A DNA stretch of 64,000 nt from an uncultured bacterium (GTDB lineage Bacteria; Actinomycetota; Coriobacteriia; Coriobacteriales; Coriobacteriaceae). The notes below the pieces were generated by a model. The model saw only the letters and a program-made list of their open reading frames with translations. It searched no databases and was not told the origin of the DNA. The position numbers and the translations under genes were made by a program. Below, piece by piece: positions 47,384-56,291 of the stretch (within the stretch, counting starts at the first letter, position 1; every line of letters begins with the position of its first letter). The stretch covers positions 5,292-69,291 of the forward strand of contig CAJMPY010000006.1 of NCBI GenBank assembly GCA_905215385.1, read 5' to 3'.

Positions 47384-47796
47384 CACTTGAGCCCCAGCGC
47401 CTCGATGAAGCCCTTGATGCGCTCGTCGTCCCTCTCGGCGGAACGGTCCTCGACGGGCCTCACGGGCTTGGCGAACTCGCTCGGGTACTTGCGCTCGAGC
47501 AGCCACGCCGCCGCCTGCCAGCTCTTGTCCGATGCCTCCATGACGCGCATCACAAGCGCCGCCTTGCGTTCCACCTCGCCCTTTTTCATGGCTTCACAAA
47601 GTTCGCGTTGATTCTCGGTACTCGGATGGTTGATCCAGCGGGAAAACGTCTGCGGCGCGACACCGAGGTATGCGGCGATGTCCTTGTCGGTCATGCCGAC
47701 ACGGCACAGCTTGATGGCATCCTTGATGCCCTCCTTGGTCAGTTTTTCACGCCCTTTTCCCGCCACAAAATCACATTTCCGCTGGTAGATAGCCAT
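47383..47796 (-). CDS. terminase small subunit (HTH)
   Basis: About 137 aa from MAIYQRK; DIAAYLGVAPQTFSRWIN HTH; stop overlaps the TerL start. Confidence 0.55.
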   Translation of the reverse strand: MAIYQRKCDFVAGKGREKLTKEGIKDAIKLCRVGMTDKDIAAYLGVAPQTFSRWINHPSTENQRELCEAMKKGEVERKAALVMRVMEASDKSWQAAAWLLERKYPSEFAKPVRPVEDRSAERDDERIKGFIEALGLK

Positions 47797-47880
47797 ATGG
47801 AAACGCGAACGTTCCCACCTTTTTACGCACGTGGACAAGCGCGTGCGTTTGCCCACGAGCGTAAAAAGGGGGTAACGTTT

Positions 47881-47908
47881 AAAGAAAAGGCCCCGGGAAA
47901 CCGGGGCC
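47881..47908 (-). terminator. rho-independent terminator between the early/middle genes and the packaging module
   Basis: ggccccgg-tttc-ccggggcc followed by TTTTCTTT on the minus strand. Confidence 0.45.
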
Positions 47909-47960
47909 TTTCGGCTACTCGACCTTGGTCGACATGATACTGATTACCTCGGCCAGCCTC

Positions 47961-48329
47961 TCAAGCGTCTCCGTCCAGCTTCTGCCGTCTGTGCGCGGCC
48001 TGTCGTATGCGGTTGCTCTCCGCCTCCTCCTCGAGCCGCCTCTTCCGCTCCGCCAGATAGCACCCTTTGCACAGTCCCCACCTCCTCGCCTGCGCCGAGG
48101 TGTCGAACACGGGCCGTGAGTCGCACGCGATGCACAGCATCCCCGTGCCGCTGCCGAAGCGACCGTATCTCTGCCTGGCGTGGCGCACGCTCGACGGCGT
48201 CACGCCGAGGAGCGCCGCGATCTCGGCCGCGCTCCTCTCCGGGTGCGCCTGCATCGCACGCACCATGTCCGGCGTCCAGAGCCGGTAGCCCTTGCGCCGT
48301 CGGCGGGCGAGCTCGGCCCCGAGCGGCAT
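47961..48329 (-). CDS. putative late-gene regulator (HTH plus C4 zinc finger)
   Basis: AAEIAALLGVTPSSVRHAR HTH and CIACDSR...CKGC; sits just upstream of the terminator and TerS. Confidence 0.35.
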   Translation of the reverse strand: MPLGAELARRRRKGYRLWTPDMVRAMQAHPERSAAEIAALLGVTPSSVRHARQRYGRFGSGTGMLCIACDSRPVFDTSAQARRWGLCKGCYLAERKRRLEEEAESNRIRQAAHRRQKLDGDA

Positions 48330-48520
48330 GTGTGTAGATTCCGTAGATGGGCCAAAAGGCCCATCCGTAAGCCTCGACGTTCCCCTCAAGTGGTCCCCCA
48401 AACGGGCTGCGGGGAGGGTGCCGGCATGGCACCCTCCCCTTATCTGTCAGTTTCCGTACGGCGCGCCCAGCCGCCTGAAGATGTGGCGGCGGACCTCGAT
48501 GCGAAGGCCGGTCCTCGCCA

Positions 48521-48790
48521 TCACCTGCACCTCCCCTCGCGCTTGAGCGTCTCGACGTTTCGGCGGGAGCGCCTCAGCGCACGGGCTCTGGCCCGTTGCC
48601 GCGTAGGGTCAAGATACTTGTCAAACTTCCTCATCTCGCGCACTACGCCACGCAGCTCGGGCACGAGGTTCTCTTTGAAACCCGCAACTATGTTTGCCAT
48701 GATGGCGGCAGCGGCCTTCGCAGCGGGGCCGTCGGGTCTCAACAGCTCGACAGATGGCGACAACACCGGCTTCATCTCGTTATCGGGCAT
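48521..48790 (-). CDS. hypothetical phage early protein
   Basis: 89-aa ORF in the co-directional early gene array. Confidence 0.3.
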   Translation of the reverse strand: MPDNEMKPVLSPSVELLRPDGPAAKAAAAIMANIVAGFKENLVPELRGVVREMRKFDKYLDPTRQRARARALRRSRRNVETLKREGRCR

Positions 48791-49058
48791 TTGTCAAATC
48801 CTCCCCACACCACGGGCAATACCGTGGGATCGTCTCGAACTCGGTCCAACTCGTGATATACGTGTCGTCATGCTCGTAATGCACGACGCCGAAGACGAGG
48901 TCGCACCTAGGGCAATGGACGGCGTCGACTGGGTCGACGTCCCCTATCGCGACCACCTCGTTTGTGTACACCAACTTGCGTGGCTTCCACTTCTGGTGCG
49001 ACGGGGTCGCACCGCACGTCGGGCAATCGACCGGCCTTGCGAACTTAATACGCGTCAT
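48780..49058 (-). CDS. zinc-ribbon phage protein
   Basis: CPTCG...CPRC...CPWCG cysteine pairs. Confidence 0.3.
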   Translation of the reverse strand: MTRIKFARPVDCPTCGATPSHQKWKPRKLVYTNEVVAIGDVDPVDAVHCPRCDLVFGVVHYEHDDTYITSWTEFETIPRYCPWCGEDLTNAR

Positions 49059-49389
49059 CGAGGACCACCGCCCCGCACACCGGGCACGAGTACCAGTCGA
49101 GCGGGAACGCCTCGGAGGTCACGACGAGCACGCCGTCCGGCCGGCCACCGGGCACCAGCACACGGCATCCGCACTCTGAGCACCTGAACGACTCCTTGGT
49201 GTAGTCGGCGACGTTGTGGCATGTCGGGCGGTCAATCAGCTCGGCGAGCGTCGGGCCGTACTCCATGCCCTCCGGCAGGCACTCGTTCATCGCCGAGGCG
49301 ACCATGCCCTGAAGCGAGACGTCCGGGTTCTCTCGGCATATCTCGAGCATCTTCGCCGCCACCTCGTGGCGTACATCATCGGTAATCAT
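49045..49389 (-). CDS. cysteine-rich phage protein
   Basis: CHNV...CSECGC...CPVCG. Confidence 0.3.
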   Translation of the reverse strand: MITDDVRHEVAAKMLEICRENPDVSLQGMVASAMNECLPEGMEYGPTLAELIDRPTCHNVADYTKESFRCSECGCRVLVPGGRPDGVLVVTSEAFPLDWYSCPVCGAVVLDDAY

Positions 49390-49616
49390 TCGTCCACCTT
49401 CTCAACGAGGTCGCGCGGATCCATCCGCATCGCGTCGGCAAGCGCAAAAAGGTTACCCACGCGCATGTCGCGCTGGCAGCGGATGAGCGCACTGAGCGCA
49501 CCTGGCGTAATGCCAGCCATCTGCGCCAGCTGCTTCTGCGTGAGGTCATGGTCGGCCAAGTAACGCTTTATCACCTTCTTGCTGACCTTGTACCGGGTCG
49601 AAGCCTTGGTCGTCAT
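49386..49616 (-). CDS. XRE-family HTH DNA-binding protein
   Basis: LTQKQLAQMAGITPGALSALIRCQRDMRVGNL. Confidence 0.5.
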   Translation of the reverse strand: MTTKASTRYKVSKKVIKRYLADHDLTQKQLAQMAGITPGALSALIRCQRDMRVGNLFALADAMRMDPRDLVEKVDE

Positions 49617-49873
49617 TCACCCTCACCACCTATCCATGCGTACTGCCTAAATATCTCTTCAGGCGCGTCGATGGTCACGCATTCAGCTCTGACTGTCACA
49701 ACATCGCCCGATTCGAGCATCACGGCTGCGACCGGGTACGCGATTTGCCCGGCGGGGAATCCACCGATTAGAGGTGATGCATCATGCGTCCATGCTTTTT
49801 GGTAGAAACCGACAAGCAGTGCCTTTGTCTTTTCCCCGGGCATTTCGGAAATGAAGCAAGGTGTCATGTTCAT
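49613..49873 (-). CDS. hypothetical phage early protein
   Basis: 86-aa ORF with overlapping start/stop with its neighbours. Confidence 0.3.
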   Translation of the reverse strand: MNMTPCFISEMPGEKTKALLVGFYQKAWTHDASPLIGGFPAGQIAYPVAAVMLESGDVVTVRAECVTIDAPEEIFRQYAWIGGEGE

Positions 49874-50277
49874 TCGCCCTCACCCCTCAGCTTGCGGATG
49901 CGGGATGCGATGTCGCGCATGACAACCCTTTCGCAGGTTGCGCCTTTGTCGGCGATGCACGATGAACAGTCGCATGCGCTCTTGCCAAGATAGGCGCAGG
50001 CTTCGTAATTCAGCGCGTCCGCACCTCTGCGCAAGTCCTCTTCCAGCTTCTCCCAAGTGTCTGGCAGAGTGAGGTGCATGTTCTTTGGCTTGAAGCTGTT
50101 GTAGTAAAAGTTGCCTTCGTACTGGGCTTTAATCGTCCAGCTGTTTTTCTGACTCTCCACCAACGTTCTGGATAGAAACTCCTTCACGCTCACCTTTGTT
50201 CCGCACTCGTCATACAGCACCTCGGTATCAAGCGGAATCTCGCGTCCCTCGGCATCTTTCGGCAATTCGATACTCAT
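49870..50277 (-). CDS. hypothetical phage early protein
   Basis: About 135 aa from MSIELPK. Confidence 0.3.
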   Translation of the reverse strand: MSIELPKDAEGREIPLDTEVLYDECGTKVSVKEFLSRTLVESQKNSWTIKAQYEGNFYYNSFKPKNMHLTLPDTWEKLEEDLRRGADALNYEACAYLGKSACDCSSCIADKGATCERVVMRDIASRIRKLRGEGE

Positions 50278-50579
50278 AGCCCAAACTCCTCGTAGTCGCG
50301 GCACTCGCCGCACTCGTCCTCGCAGTACAGCAGGTTCCTCATGAGCCACGCCACGGCCCACTTCGCCAGGCGCCAGAACCCTTCCTTGCGGTCAGGCGCC
50401 TCCGCGTCGTAGGCGCGCTCAAACTCAAGGTGGCAGTAGCCGTAGTCGACGTGGATGTCGCTGCCGCAGAAGTGCCTGCAGTTCCCGCACATCCGAGGCT
50501 CGCAGGCCCCGCCGAAGTGGCGCTCGATGGCGGCATCGGTCACCCCCATCGGGTAGCCGCCGACCCTCGAGTCACTCAT
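50274..50579 (-). CDS. cysteine-rich phage protein
   Basis: CGNCRHFCG...CEDECGEC. Confidence 0.3.
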   Translation of the reverse strand: MSDSRVGGYPMGVTDAAIERHFGGACEPRMCGNCRHFCGSDIHVDYGYCHLEFERAYDAEAPDRKEGFWRLAKWAVAWLMRNLLYCEDECGECRDYEEFGL

Positions 50580-50880
50580 CGCAGTCCGCCCCCCCTACAC
50601 TCTCGTCGAGCAGGTCGATGGCATCCCCGACGGTCGCCTCGATGCTCGTCAGCTGGCGGCGCAGGTTCTGCACGAGGTTCGCGTCGGCGACCTCCGCCCT
50701 TCCCGCCTCGTAGGCGCGCTCGATCATGTCGGTCACCGCGACCTGCATCGCCGTGTCGTTGTAGCCGCGCCTGACGCGGTACTTCCCCAGGTAGGCGTGC
50801 GCCCTGTCCTGCGGCCTGCACTCGCGGTCGAAATGGAACACCTCGACCGCATCCGCCTTGATCTGTTCCAAAGTCTCCAT
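50572..50880 (-). CDS. hypothetical phage early protein
   Basis: 102-aa ORF. Confidence 0.3.
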   Translation of the reverse strand: METLEQIKADAVEVFHFDRECRPQDRAHAYLGKYRVRRGYNDTAMQVAVTDMIERAYEAGRAEVADANLVQNLRRQLTSIEATVGDAIDLLDESVGGADCDE

Positions 50881-51113
50881 CAGATTCGTCTCCCCTCAGC
50901 CAGCGCGGCGCGCATGGCGTTGACCTCGCGTCTCGACTCGCTCCTCGTCCCGAGGTACACGTCCACGGGCCGCCTGCTCTCGTTCCTGTGAGCCACGTTC
51001 TCGCACCAGCCGCAGCAGTACCGCTGGCGGGCGCCCCTCGCGCGGAACCGCCTGCCGCACTGACGGCACACGAGCACGTTGCCCCCTCGCACGTCCCACG
51101 ACTCATCCCTCAT
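50880..51113 (-). CDS. zinc-finger phage protein
   Basis: CRQCG...CCGWC. Confidence 0.3.
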   Translation of the reverse strand: MRDESWDVRGGNVLVCRQCGRRFRARGARQRYCCGWCENVAHRNESRRPVDVYLGTRSESRREVNAMRAALAEGRRI

Positions 51114-51345
51114 GGCGCGCCTCCCAGTAGTTGCACCTCGCGAGCCCCTGCGTGGTGTGCACGAAGTCGGGGCAGCGCATGCACGTGTACCGCTTGCGGC
51201 CCTCGCCGGACGCCGTCATGACCGCCTCGCTCACGGCGCAAAAGCCGCACGTCTCGCAGCGGGCGCCGCGCGGCCCGTCGTCGTAGATGCTCACGGACCC
51301 CTTCGGTCTGCCCATGTTCTCGTTCCTCTCGGCGTCCAAGCTCAT
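51103..51345 (-). CDS. zinc-finger phage protein
   Basis: 80 aa from MSLDAERN; CETCGFC...CMRC; ATGA overlap with the upstream gene. Confidence 0.3.
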   Translation of the reverse strand: MSLDAERNENMGRPKGSVSIYDDGPRGARCETCGFCAVSEAVMTASGEGRKRYTCMRCPDFVHTTQGLARCNYWEARHEG

Positions 51346-52298
51346 GACGCCCTCCTCTCGCATGCGGCCCTCGCGTCCAGCAGACGCCGCGCGTCCTGGT
51401 ACGCCTTGAGCGCCACCGGGTCGGCGGTCGTCCCCCTCGGGGCCTTCACCTTCGCCGGGTCGATGCCCGGATGTTCCTCGCGCCACCTGCGCTCGAGCTC
51501 CGCCCTCGTCTGCTCGGGCGTCCTCGTCGGCTTGAACGTGGCGGCCTGAATCTCGGCATCGGTCGGCTTGCCGCTGGCATGTGCCTCGGCGTCGCGGCGC
51601 TTCTGGTTGCCGTTCCACAGCATCGCCGCGGCCTTGAGCGAGGTCACGGGCATCCCGTTCGAACGGATCCAGCCCTGCGACTCGTAGTGCGCCCAGAACT
51701 TGTCGGGGTCGCCGCTGATGCAGTTGGCGGCGAAGTACGCTCGGCACTCCTCGAGGGTCGGCGGGGCGAAGCCGTCTGCGTCGCCGCCGCGCGTACCATC
51801 AACACAAGCTAGGCTAGGTAAAGCTAGGCTAGGACAGGCTAGGTTAGGGTTTTCGCTTTCGGAAACCTCGGTTTCGGGTTCTGAAAACCTAGGTTTCCCA
51901 TTTTCAAAACCTGGGTTTTCGCTTTCGGAAACCTCGGTTTCGGGTTCTGAAAACCTAGGTTTCCCATTTTCAAAACCTGGGTTTTCGCTTTCGGAAACCT
52001 CGGTTTCGGGTTTTTGCTCAGGCTTGGGTTCAGGCTCCGGCTCTGCCTTGACCTTACGCGGCCTGCCGCCTTTCTTGGCCTGCTCTCGCCTTTCCTTGGA
52101 GTTGTCGATGGCGTTCTTGAGTCCCTTGAAGGCCCTCTTGACGTTCTTGGGCAACTCGATCTCAATCCCGTGGAGGCCGTACATGAGCACCGCGTCCGCG
52201 AGCATCATGCGCTCCCTCATGTCCTCGGGGTCGTTCGGATCGTAATCGTCGTAAAGCTCGGCTATCGAGTCGGCGAAAACCGTGAAGTCCTTGGCCAT
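51342..52298 (-). CDS. putative replication initiation/replisome-organiser protein with an internal 22-aa tandem peptide repeat
   Basis: About 318 aa from MAKDF; ETEVSESENPGFENGKPRFSEP repeated; the gene contains the iteron array; positioned beside SSB. Confidence 0.45.
   Translation of the reverse strand: MAKDFTVFADSIAELYDDYDPNDPEDMRERMMLADAVLMYGLHGIEIELPKNVKRAFKGLKNAIDNSKERREQAKKGGRPRKVKAEPEPEPKPEQKPETEVSESENPGFENGKPRFSEPETEVSESENPGFENGKPRFSEPETEVSESENPNLACPSLALPSLACVDGTRGGDADGFAPPTLEECRAYFAANCISGDPDKFWAHYESQGWIRSNGMPVTSLKAAAMLWNGNQKRRDAEAHASGKPTDAEIQAATFKPTRTPEQTRAELERRWREEHPGIDPAKVKAPRGTTADPVALKAYQDARRLLDARAACERRAS
51847..52012. repeat. 66-bp tandem repeat x about 2.5, built from about 22-bp AAACC-NN-GGTTT palindromic sub-units (iteron-like; candidate phage replication origin)
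   Basis: gggttttcgctttcggaaacctcggtttcgggttctgaaaacctaggtttcccattttcaaaacctg recurs at 51847, 51913 and 51979. Confidence 0.7.
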
Positions 52299-52407
52299 CA
52301 GAACCACCCCCATAGAAGCGAAGAGAAGAACAGGAAACCCGCGGAGAAGGAGGCGGCGAACAGAGCCGCCTCCCAGTGGTCGCGGATGATGTCGGGTACA
52401 TGCCTCA

Positions 52408-52884
52408 TCAGAACGGCACGTCCTCGTCGTAGAACTCGGACTGCGGGACCGCGGCGTAGGCCTGCTGGGCATTCCGCTGCGGCGCGGCCTGCGCCCGGGG
52501 CTGCACGGGCACCGTGTCCGCGAGGCTCTGCTGCGGCTGGGCCTGCGTCTGCCCCTCGCGGCGCACCATGACCTCGATCTCGTCGACGATAACCTCGAGC
52601 TTCGAGCGCTTCTGGCCGTCCTTCTCCCAGGAGCTGTAGCGCAGCTTGCCCTCGATGGCGACCTTCATCCCCTTGGCGAGGAAACGGCCAACGGCCTCGG
52701 CGCGGTTGCCGAACATCGTGCAGTCGACGAAGTTGGGGTAGTCCTCCCACTCGCCCGTTTGCGCGTTGCGGCGGCGGTCGTTTACCGCCACGCCAAAGGA
52801 CAGGACCTGCGTCCCGCCGGCGGTGGCGCGCAGCTCGGGGTCGCGGGTCAGGTTGCCGCTGATGTTCACTCGGTTGATGCTCAC
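52408..52884 (-). CDS. ssb: single-stranded DNA-binding protein
   Basis: OB-fold N-terminus MSINRVNISGNLTRDPELR, Q/P-rich linker, acidic C-terminal DEDVPF. Confidence 0.85.
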   Translation of the reverse strand: MSINRVNISGNLTRDPELRATAGGTQVLSFGVAVNDRRRNAQTGEWEDYPNFVDCTMFGNRAEAVGRFLAKGMKVAIEGKLRYSSWEKDGQKRSKLEVIVDEIEVMVRREGQTQAQPQQSLADTVPVQPRAQAAPQRNAQQAYAAVPQSEFYDEDVPF

Positions 52885-53222
52885 TGCCCGTCCTCCTTCG
52901 CGGTCATGTTGTTCTTGATAAACGCGACAAGGCGCGGCCCCTGCATGTAGCCCAGGCCGCTCACACGGCGACCATCGGGGATGTCAAGCGCCTTGACGAT
53001 CACCTTCGCCTTGACCGTGCCGATGCCCGGGAACGAGCGGGCGAACTCCTCGACCTTGAGCCTCTGCGCGATGGGCGCCTCGATGGCCGCCTCGGGCGGG
53101 ATGTTGCCCGCCTTGCAGGCGGCCTTGAACGCGGCGCGCTCGCGGCGCGTGTGGACGGCCTTCGCCATCGCCTCCTTGCGCTGCTCCGGCGTTCGGAGCG
53201 GCGGCAGGTTCTTCTCCTCCAT
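52881..53222 (-). CDS. hypothetical phage protein
   Basis: 113 aa; overlaps both neighbours. Confidence 0.3.
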   Translation of the reverse strand: MEEKNLPPLRTPEQRKEAMAKAVHTRRERAAFKAACKAGNIPPEAAIEAPIAQRLKVEEFARSFPGIGTVKAKVIVKALDIPDGRRVSGLGYMQGPRLVAFIKNNMTAKEDGQ

Positions 53223-53225
53223 GTC

Positions 53226-54212
53226 CTACATCCTCTCGACGTATCCGTGAATGCCGTTGTCGACCATGACGGCCCTCACGCGGCGCAGCTCGTCCGCCGT
53301 GGCGCACTCGATGACCACGCGGTAGCCCCTCTGCGGTGCCGAGGCCGCATCCTCGGCCGCATCCGACTCGGGGCGCGACGGGACCACCCGCACGCACCTC
53401 GGCACGCCCAAGGGCGGTTCAGGCTCCTCGACGGGCATCGGCTCGGGGTCGGGCGGCAGCGGCGCGGGCTCCGGCTCGGGCTCCGGTGCGGGCGCCGTCG
53501 CCTGCTCGTAGGTCGACACGAGCGCGGCGGCCTTGGCGACCTCCTCGCGGTGCGCGGCTACAGCCGCCGCCACTTCGCCCGAGTCCATCGGCAGCGTCCT
53601 AGTCCACCACGCCACGGCCCACGCCTTCTCGTCCTCGTCCGCGTAGTCGAGCCCGTTGACGAACTTGAACTGGTGCAGCAGCTCGCCCACGCGGCGCTCG
53701 ATGATGTTCTTGGCCTTGACCTCGCCGAAGCTCGCGTTGAGCCACTTGTCGTCGGCGATGCGCTCGTAGGGCACCAGCGGCCCCATCTCGCCCGCGAGGT
53801 CGTAGTAGTGGCCCTCGAGCGCGGCGAGGCGGCGGGCCCTGCACTCGCCGTCGTATCGGTCGATTTCGGCCTTGTACTCATCGGAGAGCGCGTCGATGGG
53901 CGCCGTGATCTCGCCGATGGTCTTGTCGAACGTCTTGAGCAGGTCGTTGTACTTCTTCTTCGCGGCCTTGCGCTGCGCCTCGATGGGCTTCTTCACGTCG
54001 TTGACCGCCGCGCGGTACTTCTTTGCCGCCTTGAAGTCCTCGTCCTTCTCGATGTGCTTGACGTCCACGTAGTCCGCCAGCTTCTCGTCCACGTTCTTCT
54101 TGAGCTTTGCCAGCTTGTCCTCGAGCGTGTCGTCGATGGCGAGCGACGCCACCAGCGTGTCGAAGTCCTCCTCGAGCGGCACGGCCTCGACCGCCAAAAC
54201 CTCGTCTGCCAT
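53226..54212 (-). CDS. DUF1351-like phage protein (partner of RecT in many phages)
   Basis: 328 aa, K/E-rich N-terminal half, proline-rich linker; adjacent to recT. Confidence 0.4.
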   Translation of the reverse strand: MADEVLAVEAVPLEEDFDTLVASLAIDDTLEDKLAKLKKNVDEKLADYVDVKHIEKDEDFKAAKKYRAAVNDVKKPIEAQRKAAKKKYNDLLKTFDKTIGEITAPIDALSDEYKAEIDRYDGECRARRLAALEGHYYDLAGEMGPLVPYERIADDKWLNASFGEVKAKNIIERRVGELLHQFKFVNGLDYADEDEKAWAVAWWTRTLPMDSGEVAAAVAAHREEVAKAAALVSTYEQATAPAPEPEPEPAPLPPDPEPMPVEEPEPPLGVPRCVRVVPSRPESDAAEDAASAPQRGYRVVIECATADELRRVRAVMVDNGIHGYVERM

Positions 54213-55111
54213 TAGAAGCCTCCCAGAAGGTCGTCGTCGGTCGCGTACTCGGCGGGCGCGGGCTCATAGACGAGCGCGGGCTCCGGCTCGGGGGCGGCGG
54301 GCTCGGGCTGCGCCTTGCGGGCCGCGATCTCCTCCTCCATCCACGAGGCCGCGCGGCGCGCCTGCATGAGCGTCATGTCGTGCATGGAGCCCGACGTGCA
54401 GCCCACGGCGGCGCAGATGGCAGCCATGGCCCCGGCGCTGTCGAGCCCAGTCGCCGCCATGAACGGCTTGAACAGCTCGCGCACGGGCTGCAGGTCGGCC
54501 ACGGGCTCGACGCTCTCGGCCTCGACGGTCTGAGAACCTGCGCGCATGTCGCGCTCGACCTTCTGGTCCATCTCCTCGCCCGTGTACATCCCGCCGAACT
54601 CGTCGGGGTAGGCAAGGCGCCACGCGCCGGCCTTGGCGCACTTCTCGATCATGACGCCCGGCATCTTCGCCCAGTTGCTCTTGCCGGTGCTGTAGTCGCT
54701 AAGCGCCAGCTCCACGTAGGCCGGCTCCTTGCCGTCCTTGAACTGCACCTCGGCCCAGCCGCCGAGCAGCTGCTCGCCCACCTGCTTGTAGACGGCGCTG
54801 CCGCGCTTCTTGACGATCTGCCCCTCGCGCATCACCACGACGCCGCTCTTGATGCCGCCGTAGCTCTCCTGGCGGTTGGCGCGGCGGTTGAAGACCTGAT
54901 AGCTAGTGATGATGCTCGCCGGGGCGTCCCTGTACTTCACCAGGTAGACCTCCTTGGTGAAGGGGTTCAGGTGCTGGCGGTTGCACAGCTCGATGCACAG
55001 CGCCAGCTCGCTTTCGGTCGCGTTCGGGCACAGGCGCTCGCGAATGTCCTGCGAGGTGAACTTGACGGGCATGCCCGCATCGTCCTTGTACTCGATGATC
55101 CCGTTACTCAT
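54212..55111 (-). CDS. recT: RecT-family single-strand annealing recombinase
   Basis: 299 aa; RecT-like core (ITSYQVFNRRANRQESYGGIKSGVVV...). Confidence 0.75.
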   Translation of the reverse strand: MSNGIIEYKDDAGMPVKFTSQDIRERLCPNATESELALCIELCNRQHLNPFTKEVYLVKYRDAPASIITSYQVFNRRANRQESYGGIKSGVVVMREGQIVKKRGSAVYKQVGEQLLGGWAEVQFKDGKEPAYVELALSDYSTGKSNWAKMPGVMIEKCAKAGAWRLAYPDEFGGMYTGEEMDQKVERDMRAGSQTVEAESVEPVADLQPVRELFKPFMAATGLDSAGAMAAICAAVGCTSGSMHDMTLMQARRAASWMEEEIAARKAQPEPAAPEPEPALVYEPAPAEYATDDDLLGGF

Positions 55112-55451
55112 TGATGGTCACCCCTTCGTCATTGATCTCGACCTTCTCGATGTCCACGCCCGCCAGCTCGGCGAACACGCCGCGTGGCCCGTCCAGCTTG
55201 TAGATGCGCTCCATGCGGCCGGCGCTGCCGACAATGGAGTCGTAGACCTCGGAGTCCTGCGAATCGGCTCCCAGCAGCTTCACGCTGTACAGAAGCCCGT
55301 AGGCGATACCGCGCAGGCACGCTGGCTTCAGGCCCCTCTTCCCTATCTCGGCGCCATCCTCGTCTGCGAGGCAGATAAGGTTCGTGGCGAACTCGTCCAG
55401 CACTTCGAACGCATCGCCACCGACTTGGACGTCTATGTGCATGTACTCCAT
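55104..55451 (-). CDS. hypothetical phage protein
   Basis: 115 aa. Confidence 0.3.
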   Translation of the reverse strand: MEYMHIDVQVGGDAFEVLDEFATNLICLADEDGAEIGKRGLKPACLRGIAYGLLYSVKLLGADSQDSEVYDSIVGSAGRMERIYKLDGPRGVFAELAGVDIEKVEINDEGVTINE

Positions 55452-55454
55452 TGC

Positions 55455-55927
55455 TTAATCTCCGTTTCTCTTCTTCTCCATGGTGCCTGCGAACCAGCCG
55501 CGGTAGACCCGTATGTCCATGTGCGGCTCGATGCCGCGCATTCGGGGCCACTTGACGACATGGAGCTCGACCACCTGGTTGTCGTCACCCCAGACCGCCC
55601 CGTTCATCCCGTCCAGCACCAGCTTGGCTATGTTGTCCGCGTCCGGCTTGAACGTGTAAGGCTCCGACGTGATGCTCTTCGGCCTCGACTCCGGCAGCGG
55701 GCCGTACGCGTCGATGCGTACCGCGACGGGGACCCTGAACGGGAACAGCATCCCCTTGAGACCCGGGTACGCCTCCCGCATGGCCTTGAGCGCCGCGTCG
55801 CGGATGGCGGCCTCGTTGCGGATGGTCTCGGTGGGCGTGTACATCCGCGCGTGGCGTCGGTCGAGCCTGTGGCGAAGCTTGCCGGCCACGAACGGGACGG
55901 TGAACGCGAAGTTCCTTCCGATCACAG
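55455..55927 (-). CDS. rusA: RusA-family Holliday junction resolvase (GTG start)
   Basis: KPDADNIAKLVLDGMNGAVWGDDNQVVEL catalytic-region pattern; GTG at 55927 overlaps the stop of a 46-aa hydrophobic micro-ORF (55924-56062). Confidence 0.6.
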
Positions 55928-56042
55928 CATCGACCCCATTCCGAGCACGACGCGGATGCCGTCCGCCGCAAGCAGCATCGCCCGCAGGACGTTGGGCATG
56001 AGGGCGTACACCGCGAACAGGAGCGCGATGTACCCAGCGCAC

Positions 56043-56291
56043 CTAAGCAGCTTCGATGCCATGCGTTCCCTCCTCGATCCACTGCTCCACCCATTCTGGG
56101 CGCACCATGCGCCCCACCTTGCGCCCCTCGGGCAGCTGCGAGCGCAGGCGGCCCGCCTTGCACTCGATGCGCAGCGTGTCGTATGGCACCCCCGTCACCC
56201 TCGACGCCTCGCGCAGCGTGTACATCAGCTTGTGCCTGATGCCAAGCTCGTCGGCCATCTGCTGGAACGTTTTGGCTCTGCTAGAATCCAT
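56043..56291 (-). CDS. HTH DNA-binding protein (excisionase/MerR-like)
   Basis: 82 aa, LMYTLREASRVTGVPYDTLRIECKAGRL; AGGAGG RBS. Confidence 0.45.
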   Translation of the reverse strand: MDSSRAKTFQQMADELGIRHKLMYTLREASRVTGVPYDTLRIECKAGRLRSQLPEGRKVGRMVRPEWVEQWIEEGTHGIEAA

